The notes below the pieces were generated by a model. It had not been told where the DNA came from. It saw only the letters and a list, made by a program, of their open reading frames with translations, and searched no databases. DNA of 64,000 nucleotides from Solirubrobacteraceae bacterium (GTDB lineage: Bacteria > Actinomycetota > Thermoleophilia > Solirubrobacterales > Solirubrobacteraceae). This document shows positions 1 through 8,783 of this stretch, piece by piece. The position numbers and the translations under genes were made by a program. The first letter of the stretch is position 1; each line of letters opens with the position of its first letter. The stretch covers positions 4,969 to 68,968 of the forward strand of contig JBEKXB010000010.1 in the NCBI GenBank assembly GCA_049512455.1. Direction: 5' to 3'.

Positions 1-295
1 GACCGAGTTGACGATTGCCGCACCCGCCGCCGTCAAGGCGGAGGGCGGTGCGGCGCTCAGCGAGTTCTACACCGGTCGCGCGGCGGTCGCCGACTCCGGC
101 TGCGAGGCCTGTCACACGATCGGCACCGACGGCAACCCCGGACCGGGGCCTAACCTCACGCATGTCGGATCCCGCGTGCCGGCGCTGGGAATCGCGCGTA
201 CGCTCGTCAACCCGACACAGCCGATGCCCTCGTTCAAGAATCTCCCGCCGAAGGAGTTCACGGCCGTCGTCCAGTTTCTCTCAGATCTGAAGTAG
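1..295 (+). CDS. c-type cytochrome, C-terminal part (5' end outside window)
   Basis: Frame is open to the window edge. Haem attachment motif CEACH (CxxCH), followed by the distal Met region PMPSF. Stop TAG at 293-295. Confidence 0.7.
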   Translation, partial: TELTIAAPAAVKAEGGAALSEFYTGRAAVADSGCEACHTIGTDGNPGPGPNLTHVGSRVPALGIARTLVNPTQPMPSFKNLPPKEFTAVVQFLSDLK

Positions 296-996
296 TGGAG
301 CAGCAGGGCTCCGGCACGCTTGAGCCGGGCCAGGTGCGAGCGATGTTCGATCGCATCGCTGGGCTCTACGACGTCATGAACACCGTGATGACCGCGGGAC
401 TGCACCACCGCTGGCGTGCGCGGGCGGTGGAGCTCGCCAAGGTCGGCCCGGGCAGCAAGGTCCTCGATGTGGCGACCGGGACGGGGGATCTCGCCGTGGC
501 GCTGCTCGCAGCGGTCATGCCCGGCGGCGAGGTGGTTGGCTGTGACTTCTCCGAGGAGATGCTCGCTCGGGCACGCACCAAGGCGCCGCTGGTGCGGTTC
601 GAGTGGGCGGACGCGCTCGCCCTGCCATATCCGCGCGACGCCTTCGACGCGGTGACCGTCGGCTTCGGGGCGCGCAACTTCAGCGACCTCGAAAAGGCTG
701 TCGCGGAGCTCGTGCGTGTCGTGCGACCGGGCGGCGCCGTCGTGATTCTCGAGATCACGCAGCCCACACGCGAGCCGCTGGCGAGCTTCTACCGCGCCTG
801 GTTCGATCGCGCGATCCCGGCGCTAGGGCGGATCGCCGGGAACGCCGACGCGTACAGCTACCTGCCGAGCTCCGTGAGGCGCTTTCCCGCGCCGGCGGAG
901 CTGGCCGCACTGATGGAGCGCTCGGGGTTGACGCGAATCCGCTACGTCCTCACGGCAGGCGGGATCATCGCGATCCACGTCGGCGAAGTCCGATGA
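295..996 (+). CDS. menG: demethylmenaquinone methyltransferase (UbiE/MenG family)
   Basis: N-terminal signature MFDRIAGLYDVMNTVMTAGLHHRWR and SAM loop VLDVATGTGD. GTG start overlaps the upstream stop by 1 nt. Confidence 0.85.
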   Translation: MEQQGSGTLEPGQVRAMFDRIAGLYDVMNTVMTAGLHHRWRARAVELAKVGPGSKVLDVATGTGDLAVALLAAVMPGGEVVGCDFSEEMLARARTKAPLVRFEWADALALPYPRDAFDAVTVGFGARNFSDLEKAVAELVRVVRPGGAVVILEITQPTREPLASFYRAWFDRAIPALGRIAGNADAYSYLPSSVRRFPAPAELAALMERSGLTRIRYVLTAGGIIAIHVGEVR

Positions 997-1949
997 GCGA
1001 ACCGTTCGCGGAGCCGTTCGACGCGATACTGGAGCTGGGCGGCGCTCCGCTGCGCGAGGCGATGGCAATGGTCGAGGTCCGCCTGCGGGAGATCGCGTCG
1101 ATCGACGCGCACGCCCTGCACACGATCGAAGCTGGCGGCAAGCGGCTCCGGCCGCTGCTGGTGTTCGTCGCCGGACTGGGGAGCGATGCCCAACTCGCGC
1201 TGTGTCGAGCGGCGGCAGCCGTCGAGTTGATCCACTCGGCGACGCTGGTCCATGACGACGTGCTCGACGACGCGCCCCTGCGCCGCGGCAGGCTGACGAT
1301 CTTTGCCAGGGCGGGGCGTGAGGCGGCGACATCGACCGGCGATCTACTGTTCTCGAGCGCGTTTGCCGAGCTCGCGAGCAACGGGGACGTCGCCCAGCTC
1401 GGCGCGCTGTCGGCAGCCTCCTCGGCGCTTGCCCGGGGCGAGCTGATGCAACGCGCCGACGCCTGGCAAGCGGATGTCACGCTGGCGCGCTACCTCGAGC
1501 GCTGTGAGATGAAGACGGCACGACTGTTCGCGGCGGCGTGCGAGCTGGGTGCGATGGCCGGCGGCGGGCCGGCGCTCGGTCCCTTCGGTCACGCGATCGG
1601 GCTGGCGTTTCAGATCCTCGACGACGTGCTCGACGTCACAGGTCCGGCTGAGCGGACCGGCAAGCGCCGCGGCGCCGATCTGCTCGACGGCACCGTCACG
1701 CTGCCGCTGATCCTCGCGCGCGAGCGCTCGCCGGAGCTCGCAGCGCTCGACCTGCGCGCGATCAGCGGCCCTGACGACGCCGCGCGGATCTGCGACTTGA
1801 TCGAGCAGACCGGCGCCGCGGAGCGCGCCCGCACTCGGGCGCTCGAATTGGTCGCGTCGGCGAAGCGTGCGTTGCCGGCCTCCACGGCATCCGCTCAGCG
1901 CCGCGCGCTGGAGCTGCTTGCCGACGGGTTGGTGCAGCGCTTCGCGTAG
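993..1949 (+). CDS. trans-polyprenyl diphosphate synthase (menaquinone side chain)
   Basis: Two Asp-rich motifs, LVHDDVLDD and FQILDDVLD. ATG at 993 overlaps the menG stop (ATGA). The longer 603..1949 ORF upstream is Arg-rich junk. Confidence 0.85.
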   Translation: MSEPFAEPFDAILELGGAPLREAMAMVEVRLREIASIDAHALHTIEAGGKRLRPLLVFVAGLGSDAQLALCRAAAAVELIHSATLVHDDVLDDAPLRRGRLTIFARAGREAATSTGDLLFSSAFAELASNGDVAQLGALSAASSALARGELMQRADAWQADVTLARYLERCEMKTARLFAAACELGAMAGGGPALGPFGHAIGLAFQILDDVLDVTGPAERTGKRRGADLLDGTVTLPLILARERSPELAALDLRAISGPDDAARICDLIEQTGAAERARTRALELVASAKRALPASTASAQRRALELLADGLVQRFA

Positions 1950-1983
1950 CCAGTGCCAGCCCGCGGCGATCGCCGTGGCGATC

Positions 1984-2634
1984 TCAGTGACGCGCGATCA
2001 CGTAATGGACGTGCGTGTCGGGGTATGGGTTGAGCTCTGGCGGGTACGGGTCGAGCACCGCGACCGGTCCTAGCGCGGCCGAGATTCGGGCCACCTCGGT
2101 GTCGAGCTGCGGATACACGGCGCAGTAGTCGGCATTGAGCGCCTCCGAGTACTGATCGACTCTGACCTCGGCCTCGACACCGAACTGCGCCTTCAGAAAC
2201 AGCGTGCCGCCGGCGGAGAGCATGCGCGCGCAACGCTCGTACATGGCGCTGCGGTCGTCCGCCGCGAGCAGGTACATGATCACCCCGAGCGAGACGATCA
2301 GGTCGTAGTCGCCGGCATCTTCGTAGTAGCGAACATCGCCGACTGCCGTCGTCAGCCGTGGATCGTCGATCGCCCGCTCGAGGAACTCGGCGACGTAGTC
2401 GACGGCATGCACCTGCCAGCCGAGCTCGGACACGAGCCGCGAGGCGATCACGCAGGTGCCGCTACCGAGGTCGAGGACGCGGACACCCTCGGCGCCGTCA
2501 ACGCTGGCGCGAATGGCCGCGACGTCGTAGGCGTCGTGCTCGGCATGGAAGCGCGTCGCGCGCGGTCCCTCGACGCTGGTGCGGCCGCGCCAGAAGTCCT
2601 CGGTGCGGTCGGCTCGCGACGCGACGGCGCTCAT
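1984..2634 (-). CDS. class I SAM-dependent methyltransferase
   Basis: Glycine-rich SAM loop VLDLGSGTCV and the acidic residue of HAVDY. Start placed at MSAV (cat at 2632-2634); the upstream part of the 344-aa ORF is low-complexity. Confidence 0.7.
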   Translation of the reverse strand: MSAVASRADRTEDFWRGRTSVEGPRATRFHAEHDAYDVAAIRASVDGAEGVRVLDLGSGTCVIASRLVSELGWQVHAVDYVAEFLERAIDDPRLTTAVGDVRYYEDAGDYDLIVSLGVIMYLLAADDRSAMYERCARMLSAGGTLFLKAQFGVEAEVRVDQYSEALNADYCAVYPQLDTEVARISAALGPVAVLDPYPPELNPYPDTHVHYVIARH

Positions 2635-2641
2635 CCGTGGC

Positions 2642-3322
2642 TCAAGCTGCCCAGTGGTCCGCGATGGGGCCGATCCACTCGACCGCACGGTCGTAGTCGT
2701 CGGCCGTATCGATCTCGCGCGCATTGACGTCGCGCACTGCGAGCGGCAGATGTGGAGAGAGCATCTCGAAGACGTGTCCGCTCGTCGCATGGCGGTCGTG
2801 AGCCTCGAGCACCAGCTCGGCTGGCACGCGCAGCAGGCCGGTCCACTCGAGCCCGCCGGTCTCGTAGCTGAAGCTGTTGGCGGTGCGGTGCTCTCCGACG
2901 CCGCTGATCTCGACAAGCACCGCGTCGGTGGTCGTCCGCGGGGCGACGCCGAGACAGGGCGGGGTATCTTCGGCCAGAAAGCCGGCGAAGTACGCAGGAT
3001 CGACGAGCAGGTCACCATCGAGCGAGATCACGTCACCCTGGGCTCCGGCGCAGCCAAGGGCGAGGCTTGCCGCCGTCCCGGTCGTGGAGTACGCATGGTT
3101 GATCGCAAAGATCACATCGCTGCGCCACGGGCTCACAGCCTCGACCACCTCATGCGCCTGGTGGCCGACGACGACGACGACGTCCTCGACGTCGCGCAGC
3201 ATGCGCATATGCCAGTCGATGATCGGGCGTCCCAACACCGAAACCAACGCCTTGGTCTTGCCGACCCCCAGGCGCCGCCCCTCGCCGGCGCAGTTGATCA
3301 CCACGCGGACAGGAGTTGACAC
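2642..3322 (-). CDS. sugar/alcohol-phosphate nucleotidylyl(cytidylyl)transferase, LicC/IspD-like
   Basis: N-terminal nucleotide-binding loop VINCAGEGRRLG..KTKALV..LGRPII. Size about 226 aa. Overlaps the upstream HAD gene by 25 nt. Confidence 0.6.
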   Translation of the reverse strand: MSTPVRVVINCAGEGRRLGVGKTKALVSVLGRPIIDWHMRMLRDVEDVVVVVGHQAHEVVEAVSPWRSDVIFAINHAYSTTGTAASLALGCAGAQGDVISLDGDLLVDPAYFAGFLAEDTPPCLGVAPRTTTDAVLVEISGVGEHRTANSFSYETGGLEWTGLLRVPAELVLEAHDRHATSGHVFEMLSPHLPLAVRDVNAREIDTADDYDRAVEWIGPIADHWAA

Positions 3323-3975
3323 AGTCGCTTGGGGTCGTGGATGAGGTGCGTCGCGACGTCGATCAAGCCGGGGGCGGGCGCGTGAACGCCGCCGTAGGCA
3401 ATCCCGATGTCGGCCGCCGCGATGAGGCCGAGGTCGTTGTAGCCGTCGCCGATGGCACAGATCGGGCCGTGGAACTCCCGCGCGACCGTGGCCTTGTCGA
3501 GCACCGACACGAGCTCGACGAGGCGATCGCCCTCGGCTCTGGCGACTGAGCAGCGGCAGGCAACGCCCAGATGCGCGACAAGGTCGGCAATCCAGACATC
3601 CAGGTTGCCCGTGACGATCGTGCAGCGTTCGCGGTTGGCGGCAAGGAACTCGAGGATCACCGGGTCGAGCGGCACGTCGGCGATGATGCTGCGCACGCGC
3701 GACACGGGGACAGCCTTGAGGATCTCCGCGCGACGGCGCAGGCTCGACTCGAACGGCAGCTCGCCGTCCATCGTCTGGCGCGTAAGGGCAGTCATCTCGT
3801 CCTCGAGCCCGATCGCGCGCGCGATCGCAGGCAGGATCTCTCGTTGCGTGATCGTGCCGTCGAGGTCAAACAGGAACTGCTCGACCTGCCGACGTGCTCG
3901 CCGGCGCTGCATCAGCGGCCGGCGTTCGAGCAGCGTTGCGCTCGCCGCCTGCGGGCGTATCGCGGAGGCAGCCAT
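3298..3975 (-). CDS. HAD-IB hydrolase (phosphoserine-phosphatase-like)
   Basis: Motif I FLFDLDGTIT and motif IV IGDGYNDLG. Confidence 0.7.
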   Translation of the reverse strand: MAASAIRPQAASATLLERRPLMQRRRARRQVEQFLFDLDGTITQREILPAIARAIGLEDEMTALTRQTMDGELPFESSLRRRAEILKAVPVSRVRSIIADVPLDPVILEFLAANRERCTIVTGNLDVWIADLVAHLGVACRCSVARAEGDRLVELVSVLDKATVAREFHGPICAIGDGYNDLGLIAAADIGIAYGGVHAPAPGLIDVATHLIHDPKRLCQLLSAW

Positions 3976-4032
3976 GTGTCCGAGTGATCGACCGCCCAGT
4001 GCGCGTTTTGAGCAATGCCGGCGCCCTGGACG

Positions 4033-4989
4033 CTACGCGGCGGCCGCCAGGCAGTGGTTCACACGAAGGTCGAATTCGTAGCCGTCCCAGTTCTCGACCC
4101 CCAGGCGCGGCAGCCGCAGCGGGGAGTGCGAGCTCGACACGCACGCCGGCTCGGTCGTGCAGGCATGCGTGTAGCCGCTTCCCTGCGCCGCGTTCAGCGT
4201 GTCCTCGTCAAATGCCCCGAAGGGGTATGAAAGCGTGTGCACGGGGCGACCGAGCACCTCCTCGAGCCGCTGCCGCGCGCCGCTCAGCTCTGCTGCCTGG
4301 TCGGTCGCGGACAGGCTCGGCAGCTTTGGGTGCGTCCGCGTGTGAGCGCCCACCTCGACGCACGAGCTGGCGTCGAGACGGCGCAGCTCGTCCTCGGTCA
4401 TGATGCGCCGCTCGAGCGCGACTGTCGGTGCGTGGAGCTGCTCACGCAGCTCGGCGATGAGCGGCATGATCTCCGCCTGCGTCAGTGCCAGCAGGTGGGT
4501 GTGGATCTCCATGAGCCACCGCACGTCGCAGCTGACCTCCGCGGTGAGTGTCTCGCCGCGCAGGGTCAGGCTGATGGCGCGGGTGCCTTCCCAGCCCGCG
4601 CGGAAGATCTGCTCGAGCTGATCCCACCAACACTCCTCTCGCGTGCCGAGCAGGTCTGAGATGGCAAAGAACGTGGCCGGCACGCTGGCAAGCTCGAGCT
4701 CCGGCAGGGCGAGGTCGAGGTTGTCAACGTAGCCGTCGTCGAAGGTGATCGCGACGCGTGGCCGGTCGCCCGCTCGGAGCGGGAGCAGCTCGGAGAGCGG
4801 GATGATGTCGGCGCGCCCTACCAGGCGGCGGAGGTGCTCGCGAAAGCGGCGCGGATGCACGACGAGACTGAATGGGTCGTTGACGTCCTCATCGACCCGG
4901 TGGTACATCAGAATCAGGGTCGGCGCTTGCGCTGCCGGCGGCGATCGGGTGGCCGCGAGCAGCACCTCGGCTGCGGGCACGCGCAGCAT
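4033..4989 (-). CDS. polysaccharide deacetylase (NodB/CE4 family)
   Basis: LILMYHRV and ITFDDGYVDN motifs. Start taken at MLRV (cat at 4987-4989); the longer ORF N-terminus is Arg/Gly junk. Confidence 0.75.
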   Translation of the reverse strand: MLRVPAAEVLLAATRSPPAAQAPTLILMYHRVDEDVNDPFSLVVHPRRFREHLRRLVGRADIIPLSELLPLRAGDRPRVAITFDDGYVDNLDLALPELELASVPATFFAISDLLGTREECWWDQLEQIFRAGWEGTRAISLTLRGETLTAEVSCDVRWLMEIHTHLLALTQAEIMPLIAELREQLHAPTVALERRIMTEDELRRLDASSCVEVGAHTRTHPKLPSLSATDQAAELSGARQRLEEVLGRPVHTLSYPFGAFDEDTLNAAQGSGYTHACTTEPACVSSSHSPLRLPRLGVENWDGYEFDLRVNHCLAAAA

Positions 4990-5123
4990 CGGAGAATTCC
5001 GCCTGTGGCGCCGCCCGCTCAGGAAGCGGTCGAGGCGCCTTTGAGATCGCTGACCATCATCCCCAGTATCGGCGGGCGCTGGGGCGACTTGAGGTGCGCT
5101 GGCGGCGGATCCGCCTTGCCCGG

Positions 5124-5783
5124 TCAGCTGGCGGTGATCGTGCCTGGCAGCGCGAGGAGGACCGATAGGGGTGCCCCGCGAATCTCGAAACCGGACGCCT
5201 CGAGGGCCTCCAGCAGCGTTGCCTTGACGGCTCGCGACGGTTGCGCCACCGCTTGGAACCCGCCGACCTGGGCGAGAGCGTCGCGCCGGATCGCGAGGCA
5301 CGGCCAGCCAGGGTCAGTGACGTCTGCACCAGACGCGTCGATCACGCGCGGCAGCGCCGCACCGACCGCCGGGTCGTCGAAGCTCCTGATCAGCGACTCC
5401 AGCCAGCCTGTGCTCACCACGAGATCCTCGCGCAGCAGCACGACCACGCCCGCCTGACAGGCGGCCACCGCCCGGTCCGCGCCGGCGACAAAGCCGCGCG
5501 CGTGGTCCTCGCGCAGCCCTGTGAAGTGTCCTTCGACGTTGGCCAGCAGTGTTGGTGTGGCGTCGTTCGAGGCGTCGTCGAGCACCACCGTCTCGAAAGC
5601 CGGTCCCTCCTCGCCGCGGGCAAGGGCGACGAGGGCGCGCAGGGTGAGCGCCGCCTGGTCGCGCACGACCATCACGATCGCGACTGCGGCGGGCGGCGCC
5701 TGGCCAGCCGGGCTCGCCTCGGCGTCGAGGGAACCTGCCACGGGCACGGCGACATCGTCGAGGACCGCCATCACCGCGACCAA
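5124..5783 (-). CDS. glycosyltransferase family 2-like protein (short)
   Basis: VAIVMVVRDQAALTLRAL followed by VVLDDASND (a GT-A DxD-type motif). Confidence 0.5.
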   Translation of the reverse strand: MVAVMAVLDDVAVPVAGSLDAEASPAGQAPPAAVAIVMVVRDQAALTLRALVALARGEEGPAFETVVLDDASNDATPTLLANVEGHFTGLREDHARGFVAGADRAVAACQAGVVVLLREDLVVSTGWLESLIRSFDDPAVGAALPRVIDASGADVTDPGWPCLAIRRDALAQVGGFQAVAQPSRAVKATLLEALEASGFEIRGAPLSVLLALPGTITAS

Positions 5784-5911
5784 TCGGCACGGTTGCGGCC
5801 GACTTGAGCGTCTTTCCGGCGACCGGAGGTCGCCCTATCCAAAGGCTCACCAAGCGGACCACGCGGCGGCATCGCTCAAGGTCGTGGTCGCTACGTCGAT
5901 CTAGCCGCTAG

Positions 5912-6526
5912 ATGACCCCGGGAGGCTCAGCGACGCACGATCCCGTCGAGCTGCAGGCGTCGCGCCTGCGCCGGCTGCACGACGCGCTCGCGCCGACGCC
6001 GATCTCCGGTCGCTACTGGGTCTGCGGCGGGGTCCTGCTCGGCTGGGCGCGCGAAGGTCAGCTGCTCAGCCACGACGCGCTCGACGCGGACTTCAACTAC
6101 CGCTCCGAGGATGCGGAGCGACTGGAGGCGAGCCTCCCCGCGCTCCTGGACGCCGGGTTCCGGCTGGCCCGGCGCTTCCCGAACGTCGACGAGGTGCCGA
6201 CGCAGTGGGCGGTCAGCCTGGATGACGCGATCTTCGACTTCTTCTGTGTCCAGATCAGCGGCGAGCGGCTGCGCTGGAGCAACTACGGCACGAACACCGA
6301 CCGCTCCTCCCCGCACACCCACGTGCAGAACATCTGCGAGATCCCGGCGCTGCCGCTGGCGGAGTTCCGCTTCCTCGACCGGTACTGGCTGAAGCCCGAC
6401 GACCACGAGGCCGAGCTGACCTCGGTCTACGGTGACTGGCGCACGCCCGATCCCGGCTACGACTACATGCGCGGACCGGCGATCATCGAGTGCCGTCCCT
6501 GGGATCCGTCCCGCTACCGGCTGTAG
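5912..6526 (+). CDS. LicD/fukutin-like phosphotransferase (nucleotidyltransferase fold)
   Basis: GGVLLGWAREGQLLSHDALDADF (resembles the LicD GTLLG..R...IPWDDDID motif) and C-terminal YGDWRTP (resembles LicD YGDY..lP). Confidence 0.55.
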   Translation: MTPGGSATHDPVELQASRLRRLHDALAPTPISGRYWVCGGVLLGWAREGQLLSHDALDADFNYRSEDAERLEASLPALLDAGFRLARRFPNVDEVPTQWAVSLDDAIFDFFCVQISGERLRWSNYGTNTDRSSPHTHVQNICEIPALPLAEFRFLDRYWLKPDDHEAELTSVYGDWRTPDPGYDYMRGPAIIECRPWDPSRYRL

Positions 6527-6540
6527 CGCCGGCGGTCAGC

Positions 6541-6924
6541 TCAGAAGTCGAACGGAACGATCTGGTCGGCCGCGAGCGCCTGCGCAAAGTGCTCGATGTC
6601 GGCCTCCATGCAGGCTCGCGAAACGCGTGACAGAGTGCTCTGCAGCTTGCGCATCCCGCGGTCCAGCTCGCGGTCGAAGCGATCGACGGCCTCCTGGCTG
6701 AAGACGCCGGTGCCCACCCATTGGCAGTTCGGGCAGCGCAGCGTGACGCGCCAGTGCGAGCGTCCCACGAGGTCCCAGTCCAGCGGCTGGACGAACGGGC
6801 AGTCGCAACCACCACAGCGCCACAGTGCCGGGTCGCCGGTGCCGTCGTCGGCGGGGCCCCAAAGCCCGGCCACCGTGTGCTCGTCGGCGGCGTGCTCGTG
6901 GTTGTGTTCCGTGTTGTGTGCCAT
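6541..6924 (-). CDS. hypothetical Cys4 zinc-ribbon protein with His-rich N-terminus
   Basis: HNTEHNHEH N-terminus. Cysteine-rich segments WRCGGCDCP and RCPNCQW. High GC3 in this frame. Confidence 0.5.
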   Translation of the reverse strand: MAHNTEHNHEHAADEHTVAGLWGPADDGTGDPALWRCGGCDCPFVQPLDWDLVGRSHWRVTLRCPNCQWVGTGVFSQEAVDRFDRELDRGMRKLQSTLSRVSRACMEADIEHFAQALAADQIVPFDF

Positions 6925-7057
6925 CGCTCGCGATATCGACCGACGCGGTCAAAGCCTTGAGAGCGAACCGACGTGGATACGGCTTCGCGCAACTGCTCGC
7001 CCATGGTTGGTGCGTTGCGTGGCTGGGCGCGGGACACCCATTACCCTGTGAGGCGGG

Positions 7058-8089
7058 ATGGCGAGAGCAATCCGGCCGGTCGACCACCAGGATCGCCTGA
7101 GCCTCGTCGAGCACCTGGACGAGCTCCGCACGCGGCTGATCATCTGCCTGGCAGCCCTCGCGGTCGCCTTCGGGCTGTGCTTCTGGCAGAGCCACGAGCT
7201 GCTGCGCCTGTTGGCCCATCCGGCGCAAAAGGTCCTGGCCTCGCAGGAGGCCAAGGGCCAGGGTCTGGAGGGCCAAGCGGCACAGGTCAGGGATGGCTTG
7301 CTGCGCCTCGCGACAGTCGAGCGCCATCTCGTCAACTGGCTTGCAAGTCCGAACAGCGGTCTCGCTCCGGGCGTGCGCCACGCGGCCGGAGCGTTTGGCC
7401 CGGAGATCGCCAGCGCAGTCGCGAAGGTTCCGCGCGGCGCCGGATCTCAATTGGTCACGCTCAGTGTGGCTGAGCCATTCACCGCCACCCTCACCGTCTG
7501 CCTCTACTTCGCCTTCCTGTTCGCACTCCCGGTGATCCTGTTTGAGCTCTACGGCTTTGTCTTGCCCGCGTTCAGCCCGCGGGAGCGTGCTGTCGCGGTG
7601 CCGGTGATGCTCGCCGTCCCCGCGCTCCTGCTCGCCGGCGTCGCCTTCGGCTACTTCGTCGTCCTGCCGGCCGCTACGCACTTCCTGCTCAACTTCAACA
7701 GCGGCCAGTTCGAGGTCGTCGTCCAGGCAAGCAGCTACTACCCGTTCGCCGGGCTGATGCTCGTCGCGATGGCCGTGATCTTCCAGGTTCCGGTCGCCGT
7801 CGTTGCGGCGGTGCGTGCGGAGATCGTCACGACACGCCAGTTGCGCCGCGGCCGGCGCATCGCTATCGCGGTTGCCGCGCTGATCGCGGCGATCCTGCCC
7901 GGGGACGCGATCACGATGATCCTCGAGATCCTGCCGATCGTCGCGCTGTACGAGATCAGCATTCACGTGGCCGCGCTGCTGGACCGGCGCGACAGGCGGC
8001 GAGCACGCGGGCAGGCGTCCGGGGTACCCTCTCCGGTGATGGGAAGCCCGTCGACACCACCACCGCCGCGCGACCACGATGCTGTTTGA
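7058..8089 (+). CDS. tatC: twin-arginine translocase subunit TatC
   Basis: LSLVEHLDELRTRLI N-terminal signature, AEPFTATL before TM2, and six hydrophobic helices. Confidence 0.8.
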   Translation: MARAIRPVDHQDRLSLVEHLDELRTRLIICLAALAVAFGLCFWQSHELLRLLAHPAQKVLASQEAKGQGLEGQAAQVRDGLLRLATVERHLVNWLASPNSGLAPGVRHAAGAFGPEIASAVAKVPRGAGSQLVTLSVAEPFTATLTVCLYFAFLFALPVILFELYGFVLPAFSPRERAVAVPVMLAVPALLLAGVAFGYFVVLPAATHFLLNFNSGQFEVVVQASSYYPFAGLMLVAMAVIFQVPVAVVAAVRAEIVTTRQLRRGRRIAIAVAALIAAILPGDAITMILEILPIVALYEISIHVAALLDRRDRRRARGQASGVPSPVMGSPSTPPPPRDHDAV

Positions 8090-8759
8090 CCTTCGCAGTC
8101 CAGGGCGCCGGGCCGCGATCCGGGTGCTGTACGCGTTTCTCGCGCTGCTGCTCGGGGGCGGCCTGGTCTTCTTCGGCATCGGCGGCGGCGCTGGGTCGAC
8201 GGGCCTGTTGACCGGCCTGGAGCACAACGGCACCGGGACCGCCAGCGGCTTCAAGCTGATCGAGTCGCGCGTGACGAGCACGCGGCGCGCTGCGCTCGCT
8301 GCCCCGCACAGCGCGCCGGCATGGGATGCCTACGCCCGGGCGGTGTTCCAGCTGGCGGACACCAACTACGTCGCCGCGACGAGCACCTCCGCCGCGGGCT
8401 TCACAGCCGACGGCGCGAAGGAGCTGGCCATCCTCGCGCCGATCTGGAAGCACTACCTGTCGCTCGCTCCGGCGAAGCCAGACGTCACGCTCGCGTCAGA
8501 TGTCGCGTTTTCATTTTTCGCGATCGGGACCTACTCGGTGGCTGAGACCGCCCAGGAGGTCGTCGCGGCGAGCGACCGCACGGTCGCCGACCAGTGGGCG
8601 CAGCTCGCCGTCTACGCGTACCTCGCACATGAGACAGACCGCGCTGTGCTCGCGGAGGACAAGGCGCTCAGCCTGACACCCAAGGCGCAGCGGCCGGCGC
8701 TGAAGGCTGAGCTTGCCAGGTACCAACCGTCCAAGGGCGCGACCGGTGCGACGGGCTGA
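8079..8759 (+). CDS. hypothetical N-terminally membrane-anchored protein
   Basis: One N-terminal TM (VLYAFLALLLGGGLVFFGIGGG). Overlaps the tatC stop by 11 nt. Coding-type GC3. Confidence 0.5.
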   Translation: MLFDLRSPGRRAAIRVLYAFLALLLGGGLVFFGIGGGAGSTGLLTGLEHNGTGTASGFKLIESRVTSTRRAALAAPHSAPAWDAYARAVFQLADTNYVAATSTSAAGFTADGAKELAILAPIWKHYLSLAPAKPDVTLASDVAFSFFAIGTYSVAETAQEVVAASDRTVADQWAQLAVYAYLAHETDRAVLAEDKALSLTPKAQRPALKAELARYQPSKGATGATG

Positions 8760-8783
8760 GATGGCGCCTGGACGCGTGTTGAG

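Noticed and set aside
603-992. N-terminal extensions of many track ORFs. Examples are 603..1949, 1984..3018, 4033..5301, 12212..13597, 13294..14778, 14893..17394, 27048..28619, 46577..49084, 51051..52208, 52699..53355 and 38058..38639.
   Set aside because: The extended parts are Arg-rich junk, overlap the neighbouring gene, and precede an internal Met (or GTG/TTG) at which the conserved family N-terminus begins. Starts were therefore moved downstream.
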